Below are positions 17,554 to 30,555 of a stretch of 64,000 nucleotides of DNA, one piece after another. The DNA is from the human T2T-CHM13v2.0 reference genome, Homo sapiens. A model generated the notes under the pieces. It was given only the letters and a program-made list of their open reading frames with translations. It was not told the DNA's origin and did no database searches. The DNA is taken from the NCBI RefSeq assembly GCF_009914755.1, contig NC_060936.1; one strand, 5' to 3'. The stretch's first letter is position 1, and every line of letters starts with the position of its first letter. The translations under genes and the position numbers were made by a program.

Positions 17554-20539
17554 TTACTATATTAGAAAAGTCTTCAGACCATGTATTGAACATTATAAAT
17601 GGGAATAAAATGATTCTGGTAATGGCTTAATAAAACAGGTGAGGTAGCTCCGTCTGTCTGCCTGTATCCTTGGACCATGGCCAGACTGATTTGTCAGGGA
17701 AGGAAAAAAAAAAAAAAAAAACAGAAATGGGCTTGTGTTGTTGCACTTTGGAGATTGTCTCCATTAGGGGCCTTTGATTTTATTCTTGTTTTTCCTTATG
17801 AGAAGTGCTTATCGGTTCCTTTTGTTAACAGCAAAATATGTAGAACTGATGGAAAAACTGACAGCAGCCGTTTCATATTTTATAAAGCTGCTCCCGGCTT
17901 GTAATTTGCTGGTTGGGATGAATCGAGGAACCCTGAAACTCCTGGTGAATTTCTAGCTGATGACTGCAGTCTCATTGGAGGGCCTGTGTAACCGCTGGGA
18001 TTTTGCTGCTGTGGGGAGCTGCAGCTGGGGGAGGCAGAGAGAGCCCAGGGTCAAGAAGCGATGTGCCAATCACAGAGGGCTGGCATTGCCCAATCAGAAG
18101 GGATCTGAGATCCATGTGTATTAGATCGCCTTTTCTCCGAGTGCCTAGAAGGTGTTCGCTTTTTTTGGAATCTCTGAGGCCTTCTGTATCTATCAAAAAA
18201 GGACTTCCTCCTTCTCTCTCTACAAATGCCCACTGTCTTTGCACTTTGTGCCATGAAGTCTCCTGTCCCCTTTCCTCAAGAGCTGCCATTGCTACTGAGA
18301 CTTGACACATCCTGTCTGAATTTGCTCCTGGCTTCGGGGCTGGTATCCAGCAACCAGCAACAGGGGGGCCACATGACTCCTTGGTGCAAATCCCTTCCAG
18401 CTTCCAAGGAGCTGCACTGGATGAAGGAGCAAAAAACGCCCTTCTCCCACAAGTGCCTTGGGTGTTTCCAGCTCCAAACTCTAATTTCTGCCTCCAAGTA
18501 GACTAATATGCGGGTGTCGGAGGTTAAATTCCAGCGCATCAAGGAGGTGCCCATTTTTCACAGAGCCCTGTCATTCGCACCAGGCGTCGTCCACGTTGTC
18601 ATGGCTACACAGGCCCGGGACCCCAGAGACGGGAGTGCAGAATTAATGGCAGTCCCGAGTAAAGGATTCCTGTCTTGGCAAGGTTGATGGATTACATTGA
18701 TGTACCATTTGTCATACTGTAATTGTTCTGGCAAATGTAATACCCACTAGTATAAACATTGTACTGCTTTGCTAATAAAACCCAAAATAGGGAGAGAAAG
18801 GATGATACAGTGTTATGCTCACTTAAAGAGACAATGCCGACTTTCCAAGTTGGAGCTCACTTCTTTTTCTGGAGGCCTCGCCGCCTGATGCCTTCTCCAT
18901 CAATGTGCGTCCCTGTGCTAAGCACTGTCCACCACCCGGCTTCCCTGCATGCCTGGCATGGGCCATCTGGGGTGTGTGGGGGGGTTTTTTTCTTGGAAGC
19001 TCTGGGGACTCAGTTTCCCTCTCTGTCAGCACCTCCCAGGATTCCTCTTGGGAGTTGTTGCCCAAAACCTCTTTGTGTTTCCTTGGTGCCTGCTTGACAT
19101 CACTAGCAGAGTCTGTTTATCCAAACTGACTCGGCATTCAAGCCTCTCCTCTGAAGTGGCTGATGCCTCCAAGAAGCCCTCCCTGACCAGCCAGGCCTTC
19201 TCCAAATTCTCAGACATTGCTCAGGCCTGTGTGACAGGCAGTGGACCCCCCACTGCCTGGTGCCTGTACTGCTGTATGATCCCCCCTATTAGATCATGAG
19301 GTCTTTAAAGGCCAGGCCTGGGCCTTTAATATCTCCATCTCCTCCTGTCTCACTAATGATGCCCAGAACTGTGTTTGGGACACAGAAGGTGCTTAATTAG
19401 TTCTCAATTATTGACTCACTGGTTTCCCATTGGGCATGAGAGGCTTAACTGAGCAGCTTCATTGGCCTATCTCAACCTTTCAGGACCCCCAGACACCCAC
19501 GCTGCCTTTTCCGGAGCCATCAGTAAAACCCTGCTTTTCCTCCTATTCGGAACGTCTCTTTTGGCCTCTGCCTGGCCTTTATCCATGATCTTCCCGGTCA
19601 CTAGGCTGCCTTTTCCCAGCTTTTTAGCTGATTAACTCCCAACTCAAATGTCACCTCTTCTGGAGAGCCTCCCCTGACCCCAGATCCCCACACTGGGTTT
19701 GTGGGGGGCTTCTCCTTGGGCTTCACTCTGCAGAAGCACATATCACAGTGGGGGACATGCATATTTCCTCTCCTGTGCATCACTGAGGGCACCTCTGTGT
19801 CACATCTCCCTCGTGCTCAGCTCTGGAGCCCAAGCATCCAGCTTGAAATTCCTGAATGCTTAAAGATGAACGAATGAATGCCTTTAGCTTACCACTGCTG
19901 TCCGTGGGTTGAGCTATGCTTAAATCCCCTTTGTTGAAGGCAGCAGTTGAGGGTGAAATTGGGGGCCGGGGAGGGGGTGCCTATCCAAGGATCTTTACCT
20001 GGAGGCCTGAGGATGGAAGACTGTGGGCCGGGCAGTAGCTCTTTCTCTTGTCACTGGGTCAGGCTGTGAGTGAGCTGGGGGTGGGCTCTCTGGTCATACC
20101 TTTTTCCTGTCCCACCGTCTTCCACCTGGGATAGGCAGGGCAGAGGCTTCTGCTGGGAACTTGGGGAGTGCCCTGGACGCAGCTTGGCCTCCATCTTCTT
20201 TCATCTCACCTCCTAGCCTCCAGGCTGAGTTTCTGCTTTCCCAAGAAGTCTTCTGAGCCATAAGCATTGATCTTTCTGATCCCTGCAACCCTCTTTCCTC
20301 GAGCTGTCAGGGCACAGGGACAGAAGGGCCTGCACAGGATCTGTGATCTCATATAATGCTTGTCCAGGCGTGGCTTGGCTTTCATGTGTTAACATGCAGG
20401 ATTTCTTTACTCTGTCCAAACCCCCTCTATCCATGTGGGGTGAGCCCATGGCCCTAGCACCTTCTGAGGTTCACTCCTATGAGGAATGTATTCAGCTGCA
20501 AGTAACTGGAAACCCAGCTAACCAGTGCCTTAAGCTTCA

Positions 20540-21178
<639 letters not shown>

Positions 21179-21194
21179 CTGGCTATTTATTTTT

Positions 21195-21617
21195 AAACAA
21201 ACTTTGTATTTAGAGAAGTTTTAAGTTCACAGCAAAATTGAGCAGAGCATATAGAGAATTTCCATATATGCCTCGCCCCTACACGGCACATTCTCTACCA
21301 CCAGCAACACGCCCACCCAAGTGGGACATGTGTTATAACTGATGAACCCACACTGACACCTCATTATCACCCAGAGTCCACAGTTGACATTAGGCTTCAC
21401 TGTTGGTGGTGTACATGCTATGGGTTTGGACAAATGTATGACGACGTGGCTCCACCATTGTAGTATCATGAAGAAGAGTTTTCCTGCCCTAAAAATCCTC
21501 TTGTATTCCACCTACTTATCCCTCTTTCCCCCAACGTTCCTGGTACCCACTGATCATTTTACTGCCTCCATAGTTTTGCCTTTTTCAGTATGTTGTATAG
21601 TTGGAATTATACTGTGT
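21195..21617 (-). mobile_element. L1MC (1/2-like) 3' end
   Basis: AAGTTCACAGCAAAATTGAGCAG...CATTATCACCCAGAGTCCACAGTT...ATGGGTTTGGACAAATGTATG. Confidence 0.85.
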
Positions 21618-22027
21618 GTGATATGGTTTGGCTGTGTCCCCACCCAGTCTGTGATACTTCTGCATGGCAGCCCCAGGAAATGAGAACAGATGACAGTGGG
21701 GAAAGGGGTTGGGATAGCTTGTGGGTGGCCAATCTGTAGTGTTTGCCACAGGTAGATTCTGTTATTATCACATTTTACAGAAGAGCAAGCAAAGCGAGAG
21801 AGGGTTAGTAACATGTGTATTTGATCCAAGGACACTAACGTGCGGGTGTGAGAGGTTAAATTCCAGCGTGGTCTAGCATGATCATCAGAGTTTTGGTCCC
21901 AGAGTCAGACCCCGTAGGTTTAAATCTCAGCTTCCCCACTAATAATTCTGTGTGACCTTGATAGAGTTGCTTCAGCTCCTGGGGCTCGGTTTCTCCTTCT
22001 GTAAAATGGGCATAATAATAGCTCTGG

Positions 22028-22349
22028 GGCCAGGTGCGGTGGCTGACACCTGTAATCCCAGCACCTTGGGAGGTTGAGGTGGGCAGGTCACTTAAGGTCA
22101 GGAGTTCGAGACCAACCTAACCAACATGGTGAAACCCTGTCTCTATTAAAAATACAAAAAATTAGTTGGGCATGGTGTCACGTGCCTGTAATCCCAGATA
22201 ATCGGGAGGCTGAGGCAGGAGAATTGCTTGAACTCGGGAGGCAGTGGTTCCAGTGAGCCGAGATCATGCCATGCACTGTAGCCTGGGTGACAGAGCGAGA
22301 CTCTGTCTCAAAATAAATAATGAATGAGTGAATGAATGCATGCATGCAT
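22028..22349 (+). mobile_element. AluS inserted in a MIR, with (TGAA)n(TGCA)n tail
   Basis: Full dimer; GCTCTG on both flanks. Confidence 0.93.
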
Positions 22350-23124
22350 GCTCTGATCTCCAACATGAGATTTAGATGAGATGAACTGTGGAGAATTATT
22401 TTCAGAACTATTTTGGTAGATGCTAACAAAGCTGGAAATTGAACCAGTTCTATCTGATTCCTAGTCCTAGCAGTGTTTGGGGAGGGGAGAGGAGGTCCTA
22501 GCATTAATCTTGCTCCCCCAGCCAGGTGGCCCACTCAGAGCAATACAAAATAACCTGGGATTTATGTCCCCATGGTCAACTCTCACCACATTTGTCCCCA
22601 CTGCCCGCCAGGCTCCCACTGTGCCCCTGTCTTTTCCCTAGTCCCTGCCCAAGGGGCCCCCTTTCCCTGGCACAGTTCCAAGCTGGGATTAAGAGCCTTT
22701 TTCAAGTTCATGGTTCCCACCCTCTCGTGCTCTAGGCTCCCAGGATCCAGCTCTCATAGGTTGGGGGCCCCCAGATTGCTCGATTGCATGGAGCAGGGTG
22801 TGATAACAGAGCCTGGCATTGAGAGGAGACAGGATGAAGATGGATGGCAAGCCTGCTCAGAGCTGGGCACCTGCAAGGCTGTCACAAGGTCACCTGGCAG
22901 AGGAGGGAGAGGGCGAGGGAGGTGGCCTGGAGCAGATCTCTATGATGCCACAGCAAAGGTAGCAAAAGCCCAGGTAGGCATGCCCAGGAAGGCGATGTGT
23001 CCAGCAGGTCTCAGCAAACGAGTCCTCCAGGGGGCCCAGGCTCCCAGACACAGGGGCTGACTTGTCAAGGAGGTTTCCCACCCAGGCGCCCAGTCATTGG
23101 CCTAGCTCTAGAAATACTGCTTCC

Positions 23125-23730
23125 AATACAATGCTGCAGCCACTATGGGAGACAGTATGACAATTTCTTAAAAACTTAAAACTAGAAGGACCATTTGATA
23201 CAGTGGTTTCGCTTCTTGCTACACACCCTAAAAATTGGAAAGCAGGGACTCAGCCATGCTCACAGCAGCATTTTTCACAAGAGCCAAAGGGTGTAAGTAA
23301 CCCAGGTTGCCATCGGTGGGTAAACAGATAAATAAAATGTGGTCCATCCATACAGTGGAATACTATACAGCCTTAAACAGGAAGGAAATTCTGACCAGGC
23401 ACAACACGGATGAACCTTGAAGACATCATACTAAGTGAAAGAAACCAGACCCAAAGGGACAAATACTGTATGATTCCACTTACAGGAGGTCCCTAGAGTA
23501 GTCAAATCCACAGAGAGAGAAAGTAGAGTGGTGGGTGTCTGGGGCGGGTGGCGGGGAAGAATGGAGAGTTCGTGTTTGATGGGTACAGGATTTCAATTTG
23601 GGAAGGTGAAAAAGTTCTGGATAGTGGTGATGTTGCACAATTATGTGAATGTATTTAATGCCACAGAACTGTACATTTAAATATGGTTAAAATTGTAAAT
23701 TTTATGTTATGTATATTTTACGATAAAAAG
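23125..23730 (+). mobile_element. L1MB (3/4-like) 3' end
   Basis: CAGTGGAATACTATACAGCCTTAAACAGGAAGGAAATTCTG...GTAAATTTTATGTTATGTATATTTTAC. Confidence 0.88.
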
Positions 23731-23889
23731 TACTTCTTTCATTATTACTACAGCTACTGCTGCTACTACTATTAATACTATGTTACTGCCACCACTAAGT
23801 AATGCTGCAGTGCGTACGTGACACAAAGTATCTCCTGTAATTCCTCCGATAATCCTGAAGAAGTAGATACTATTAAGAAGTAGGTAAGG

Positions 23890-24214
<325 letters not shown>

Positions 24215-24356
24215 CTACACAAACTTAATAGTATTGCGGTTCAGAGAGGCTAAATCATTTCTCCAAAGTCACACAGCCAGCAGCAAGTGGCCAAACTGGG
24301 CCTTACCCACAGGGTGTCTGTGTCTAAGACCCAATCTTCAACCATATCATCCTAGC

Positions 24357-24531
24357 TAAGCTTGTCCAACCTGTGGCCTAGGACAGCTTTGAATGTGGCC
24401 CAACACAAGCTCGTAAACTTTCTTAAAACATCATGAGTTTTGTGGGTTTTTAAAGCTTATCGGCTATTGTTGGTGTATTTTATGTGTGGGCCAAGACAAT
24501 TCTTCTTCTTCCAAAAGATTGGACACCCCTA
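24357..24531. mobile_element. MER30 (hAT-Charlie)
   Basis: AAGCTTGTCCAACC...GCTTTGAATGTGGCCCAACACAA...AAAAGATTGGACACCCCT. Confidence 0.8.
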
Positions 24532-24558
24532 CCCTAGACCATCCTAGAATGACTGAGG

Positions 24559-24778
24559 CAGGGTTTTCAACCTTGACACTTTTGACATTTGGGCTGGATA
24601 GTCTGTTGTGGGGGGTTGCCTGTATATTGTGGGGTGTTCAGTGGCATCCCTGCCTCTCCCCACTAGATGCCAGTAGCACACCGCCCCCCACAATCCCAAA
24701 GTGAAATGACCAAAAATGTCTCCAGATGTTACCAAATGTCCCCTGGGAGGCAAAATCACCCCTGGTTGAAAACCCCTG
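24559..24778 (-). mobile_element. MER20 (hAT-Charlie)
   Basis: CCACTAGATGCCAGTAGCAC...AAATGTCCCCTGGGAGGCAAAATCACCCCTGGTTGAAAAC. Confidence 0.88.
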
Positions 24779-25999
24779 CTTTAACGGGGGCTTCCTGGCA
24801 GTACGGAGGATATTGGACAGTCACTCGTGTTTTAAAGCCACACCAATCCATAGAAATCAATCAGGTTGTGCAAAAGAGGTCATTTGGGGGCAGGGGTAGA
24901 GGAAAAATGCTTTCTTTACCTGTTGAAAGTTATTTTTTCACTGGAGTGCACCATCTCTTCACACCCTCTCTCCCTTAAAACGCCAAGACATTTTAAGTTT
25001 CCATTTTGGCCTAGGCTAGGCACACCCTTACTTGTAGCCTGAACAGTTTTTCATTTGGAAATTGGTTTATTTTGCTACAAAAAGGTCCTGCTCAGGTCTG
25101 GGTAAGTGCACAGTCTGCACACACAGTGGAATTGTAGCCTTTTAGTTAAAGATGTCCAGGACATCCGGACAGTGACTTTGTGGGGTGAATAAAGCCAGGA
25201 GTAATACATGATCATTTTGAGAAAATGTACATGTCAGCTGACACATAGAGAAAAACCTGGAAAGATGCAGACCAGAGTGTTCCAAAGGTTTGTCCACTGC
25301 TACATTCCCAGCGCCCTGGCACATAGTAGGTGCTTGCTTCATTACTATTTGTCGACAGCTAAATGCGAAGTGGCAAGACAGGGCTGTCAGCTTTCTCTTT
25401 GTGTTTTTCTCCATCATTTGAATGTTTTAGAATGAGCATATATTAACTTGATGGGTTAAAAAAATTTTTTTAACCTTCCTCCTCCCCCCAAAAAAGGGCC
25501 GGGAAAAAGAAAGAATCATGCCTTGAACTTGCCTAGCTTGTCCTTCCACAGTGCTCCAAACACACATGCCCCTCTTGCCAAAGCCACGCAAAGAAACAAG
25601 TCTGGTGTTTTATGATCCTTGTTCAGCTGTGTGTGGGTAACACGGGGCTCCGGGAGAAAGCTGGTTCTTTATTTCTCTCACTTTGGTTTTTCCCCCTTGG
25701 GCTTTTGGAGTGGGGGAAACACAACAACAGATGAGTGGGTGTGGACAGGAAGGCAGTTAGGGAAGGGAATAAGGAGCCTGAAATCTTCATCTTACTTCTG
25801 CCCCGGGCAGGAGGCAGACGGCTGGACCAAATCACCTCTTCATGAGCAACCAGCGCCTATTTCTGTGGCTTCCTCTTTCTGTAGCTTCAGGATCCTTCCA
25901 GAGCTGCCCAAGAGCTGGGAAAAGCCTCGGGGGGTGGGAGGGGTGGGGTGTGTGGAGGCCAGGGAGGAAAATTAGAAATTGGCATCTTTCAGGGAGCAA

Positions 26000-26705
26000 G
26001 TTTCTGGACCACAAAGACGAGAGGTCACGTCATGTTTTATTTTGTTATTATTTCGCAGCAATGGTGGGAGGGGGAAGGAAACCCCCCCAGCCTCCTGATT
26101 CCCAACAATTCCAAAGGTCTTTGAGTTTGTACAGTTGCATCTCAAACGTTTTAAAGTTTTCAACTGACCTGATTCCTAGAAAAAGATAAACACCCTTCCT
26201 ATGTTTGGAGTCATATGTAATTTTTATCTCTTGACCTTTAAATGTAAGCAGCAGTAAAATGAAGAACTATAGCAGTCATTTAACACTCCGGCTGTACTAA
26301 CTGGTTCCTGCCTGAGAGCCGTGGTTTTAAATTGGCTAATGCAGAATACTTGCAGAGCTAATAATAATTCAGATTATTCCTGTCAGCTATTCCGGTTTCA
26401 TGGGTAATTTAGTAGTTGAATAAATTTTTAAAAAAATTCATTCGTTACCATGCGCTGTTATGAATCAGTAGATGGTTTACCATTGGCAGCAGTAACTGTA
26501 AGAAGATTTAAATTGCTACTGAAAAGGATTTGAGTGAAGGTAATGTTTTATAATGTTCTAAGCCATATGCACTACTTTCAGGCCTCATCAGTTTTACATT
26601 GATTCCTAGTGAAGTGTTTAATTGCATCATGAATGCAATATAATTCAGTTCTTTCTGCTAATATGGTATATATCTCAAAGTGATATACAGCACTGACAGG
26701 GAGAA
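26000..26705. promoter_or_regulatory. Candidate conserved non-coding element (enhancer)
   Basis: About 700 bp repeat-free AT-rich island with many TAAT/ATTA, TGTCA/TGACAG and ATTGCATCA motifs in a repeat-dense region. Confidence 0.55.
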
Positions 26706-27179
26706 TTCGCAGTTTCGTCTGGATTTGGGAGGGCAGCGAGAATTGGGCACCTACTGAATGCGTGGAGGGCAGACGGCAGAGGAAGACGACTGACGCTTGG
26801 CTCCATCTTGCCGAGACTTAGGGGCGGTGGACTGTGTCTGTCACCGGCTCTCAATGCTGAGGGACAGCCAGAGAGGGATCTGGTGTTAATTGGCCTCCCC
26901 TAGGAAGGCAGGGAGATCTCTGTGCTGTCTGGGAGGCTCCTGAGGGCTGGCCAGGCTCGCTCCGGCCATCACAGTCTGATGGTTCGGGCATCTTTGTTTC
27001 CAAGCGACTACTGATGATTGGGATTCCTGTTGCTGTTTGTTTAGTCATTCGAGTATTTACTGAGGACCTACTGTGAACCAAGGCCGTCAGTGACCCAGGA
27101 GATTGGCCTGGATCGCATCAGTCATTGATTTTGCTAGAAACCTCACGTGCTCTGAAGCAAAGGTTTAAGAAAGACTCAA

Positions 27180-27510
<331 letters not shown>

Positions 27511-28399
27511 TCACAGCCCTGGCTGGTAGTGCAGGCAATAGACCTGGGCGAGGTGACCAGACCCTGGGACCTCAGCTCTCAGGGCAAACTGGAGCGCCTA
27601 TGGCTCATCTAAAGGGACAGTAGCCCCACAGCTCCAGCAAGCACCACCATTGGCCTTGTGTTGGCAGAGTTTTAAATTTCACATGAGAGGCTGGGCCTTG
27701 GGGTTTCTATGCAAAATCACCCATTTTTAAAGGAAAATTAAAACATATACACGATGCAGGCCAAACTAAATATGACTGTGTGCATATTCTGCCCGAGGGC
27801 CACCTGTTTGCAATGTCTGTTATTGGGCCTGATTCTGCTGTGAAAGCAAAAACCATTTGCTCTTGGGGCCTGAAAAATAGACGCATGTTAGAGGCAGTAG
27901 AACTCGCAACGCCTTGGCAGGCAGGGGTGCGGTGCTGCGGGAGCCTTGGATGTGCGTGGGGGACGGGGGAAGGAGGTGTTAGCTTCCCATCTGGCAGTCA
28001 GGGACTGGGGACAAGCCGCTCTAGATGGGGCCTGTGAGGCCACTTGCTGCATCTCCAGAAACATAAAGAAGGCACCTTCTGGGAAACAGAACCAAAGAGA
28101 GAAGGGACAGTGTGGCTTTGGGCTTGTAAATGGGAGATGCAGGAAAGGCGAGGTGTGATTTCTGCTGGTCAGGAACCCCGCAAAACAGTGGTGGAGATGG
28201 GGTGGTTATAGCTGGAGCAAACCTTTCTTTTTGGCTTTTTCTTCTCTGAATCCCGAAAGCCACCCGAGGTTCAGGGATATTCTCACTGGGGAAGGCCCCT
28301 GGATTCTAGTTTTAGAGGCATCTCTGGCTTCCATCCTTCCAAACCGCAATGTATGAAAGCTATTGGGCGCCTGCTGAATGCGTGGCATTCTTCCTGGCA

Positions 28400-28900
28400 T
28401 TCATTCATTTATTCACTTATTTATTCATTCAATAAGCGTATTATGATAAGCCAGGCACTGTTCTAGGTGCTGGGGATATAGTGGCGACCAAGACAGATTT
28501 ACAGTCATGCATCACTTGACAACCGGGATACATTCTGAGAAATGCGTTGTTAGTCAGTTTCATTGCTGTTGAACATCATGGAGTGTTCTTACACAAACCT
28601 AGACAGTAGAGCCTGCTACACACCTGGACTGTTGCTCCTAGACCACAAACCTGAACATCATGCAACTGCACTGAACACCCTAGGCACTTGTAACTTGTGG
28701 TAAGGATTTGAGTATCTAAACATCCCTAAACATAGAAAAGGTACAATGAAAATATGATACTAGAGTCTTATACAATGGAACCACCATTGTATATCCATCC
28801 ATCACTGAGCAAAATGTCATTATGTGGTACATGACTATACCTGCCCTCTTGGAGCCTCTATTCTACTGGAGACAGACCATAAGCAAACATATAGTTAAGA
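28400..28900 (-). mobile_element. L2 3' end interrupted by Tigger3a
   Basis: TTCATTCATTTATTC...CCAGGCACTGTTCTAGGTGCTGGGGATATAG. Confidence 0.7.
28502..28837 (-). mobile_element. Tigger3a/MER7-type TcMar MITE
   Basis: Termini CAGTCATG...CATGACT(A) flanked by TA; GGGATACATTCTGAGAAATGCGTTGTTAG. Confidence 0.85.
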
Positions 28901-28954
28901 ACACAAATTGGCATCACTTACTACTGATGGCCTCACCCCAGGAATGTATCTCAG

Positions 28955-29331
28955 TATATTCGTTTGCTAGGTCTGCCATGACCAAGTGCCACACCTGGGT
29001 AGCTTACACAACAAGGATTTGTTTTCTCATGATTCCGGAGACCAGCAGTCCAAAATCAAGATGTTGGTCGGCAGCGGCGGTTTCTTCTAAAGCCTCTCTC
29101 CTTGGCTTGTAGATGACCACCTTCACGTTCATTTCTTCTGTGTTTCTGGGCCCCAAGTTCCCCCTTTTTACAAAGACACCAACGATACTGGATTGAGGAC
29201 CACACTAATGAGCTCATCTTAGCTTTTTTACCTCGTTAAAAGACCCTGTCTCCAAATAAGGTCACATCCTGAGTTCTGGAGGTTAGGACTTCACCCATAT
29301 GGATTTGTGGCAACACAGTTCAGCTCTTAGC
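28955..29331 (-). mobile_element. MLT1A/B solo LTR
   Basis: TTTGCTAGGTCTGCCATGACCAAGTGCCACA...CCCTGTCTCCAAATAAGGTCACAT...CACAGTTCAGCTCTTAGCA. Confidence 0.82.
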
Positions 29332-30099
29332 ACCCCACAGAGAAAGCCAGCCTGTGTGATTGCAGCAGGCTCGCTGGGGCTCTCGGTGAAGGGGACAAGA
29401 AAGCAGCACCACATGTAGTGTCACTGGAATGTTCTTTCTGTTAAGTCCCATGAATGATGCAAAAGTCAGATGTGCCTGACGTGTGCATCCCTCCTGGAGC
29501 GAGACTTCAGATCCGAGTTCACATGTTTGCGGCAATCTGATTGTCATGCAGTCCACCAGGCAGGAGCCCAGGCCACAGGGCTCCTCCCTCAGCCTGGCGC
29601 CACGATGTAATCAGAGCCTTCTTTTCCTCCTCACTCTCGAGGAAGGCCAGCCGGGCCACCTTTTTGATCATCGTAACCTTGACGTGGAAGAATAATTTAT
29701 CCATGCCCCCAGACAAGGAAATTGCAAAATATTATTTATGAAGGCAAGTCGGCACGTCATAATTCTGGCCCTGCATTTCTGGATGTGTCTGGCCAAGACG
29801 GGGAGATGCAGTTGATGTTTGATAATAAAATGGGACCTCGTGCCTGGGAGATGGAGCTGTGCGGGAATCAGAGAGGCAACGGTCTTGCAAGAGAGACTCC
29901 AGGGAAGGACTGTTCCAGAAACTGACCTGAATTGTTCTTCTGTGGACTCCCGGGTCAGAAGTGGTAGGACAAAAGTCTCCATGAAAAAGCAGGGAAGCCA
30001 GAATGGGTGGGATGTTGGACATCTGTTTGGGGAGGCCAGAGATGTGAGGACCTTCCTTTGGGGATGACAGCCTTGCTTTGGGGCACTTGGGCAGTTGTG

Positions 30100-30555
30100 T
30101 AGCACAGCGGTTGTGAGTCCTGGCTCTGTCACTGCTGCTGTGGTAGGTGCTATGGGGCAAGTCAGGCAATACTTCCAAATCTCAATTTGTTCATCTGTAT
30201 GATGGGAATAAGAACATATCTACCTTAAGGATTGCCTCCAGGTTAACACGCGATAATACAGGTAAGACATAATTGTCAGTGGGCCTGACTTCAATTAAGT
30301 TGAGTGATTAAAGATGCAGCTCTGGAGCTGACAACCTGGCCTGGCATCCCAGCTCTGTTCCTTACTGGCTGTGTGACCTTGAGCAAGTCACTTCACCTCT
30401 CTGAGCCTCCATTTTCCTCATCTGTCAAATGGGTACAAAAAGGGTCTCTAGTTCATACAGTAGTCTTGAGGGTTGAATGAATGAATGGAAAAAAAGAGTT
30501 TAAAACAGTGCTTGTCTCATAGTAAACGTTCAGCAAATGTTGGCCATTAATATTA
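30100..30555 (+). mobile_element. Two tandem MIR copies
   Basis: CTGGCTGTGTGACCTTGAGCAAGTCACTTCACCTCTCTGAGCCTCCATTTTCCTCATCTGTC. Confidence 0.75.

Noticed and set aside
19895-19913. REST/RE1-like GCTGTCCGTGGGTTGA
   Set aside because: The second half-site needs an indel plus a mismatch; not a canonical RE1
24226-24258. Possible third copy of the 44-bp doublet (TGCGGTTCAGAGAGGCTAAATC)
   Set aside because: Fully explained by the MIR core TGAGGCTCAGAGAGGTTAAG; lacks the GGTGT and TTCCAGCG parts
25454-25475. 22-bp palindrome GGTTAAAAAAATTTTTTTAACC
   Set aside because: Mostly an A7T7 homopolymer junction at an old L1-like tail; low information content
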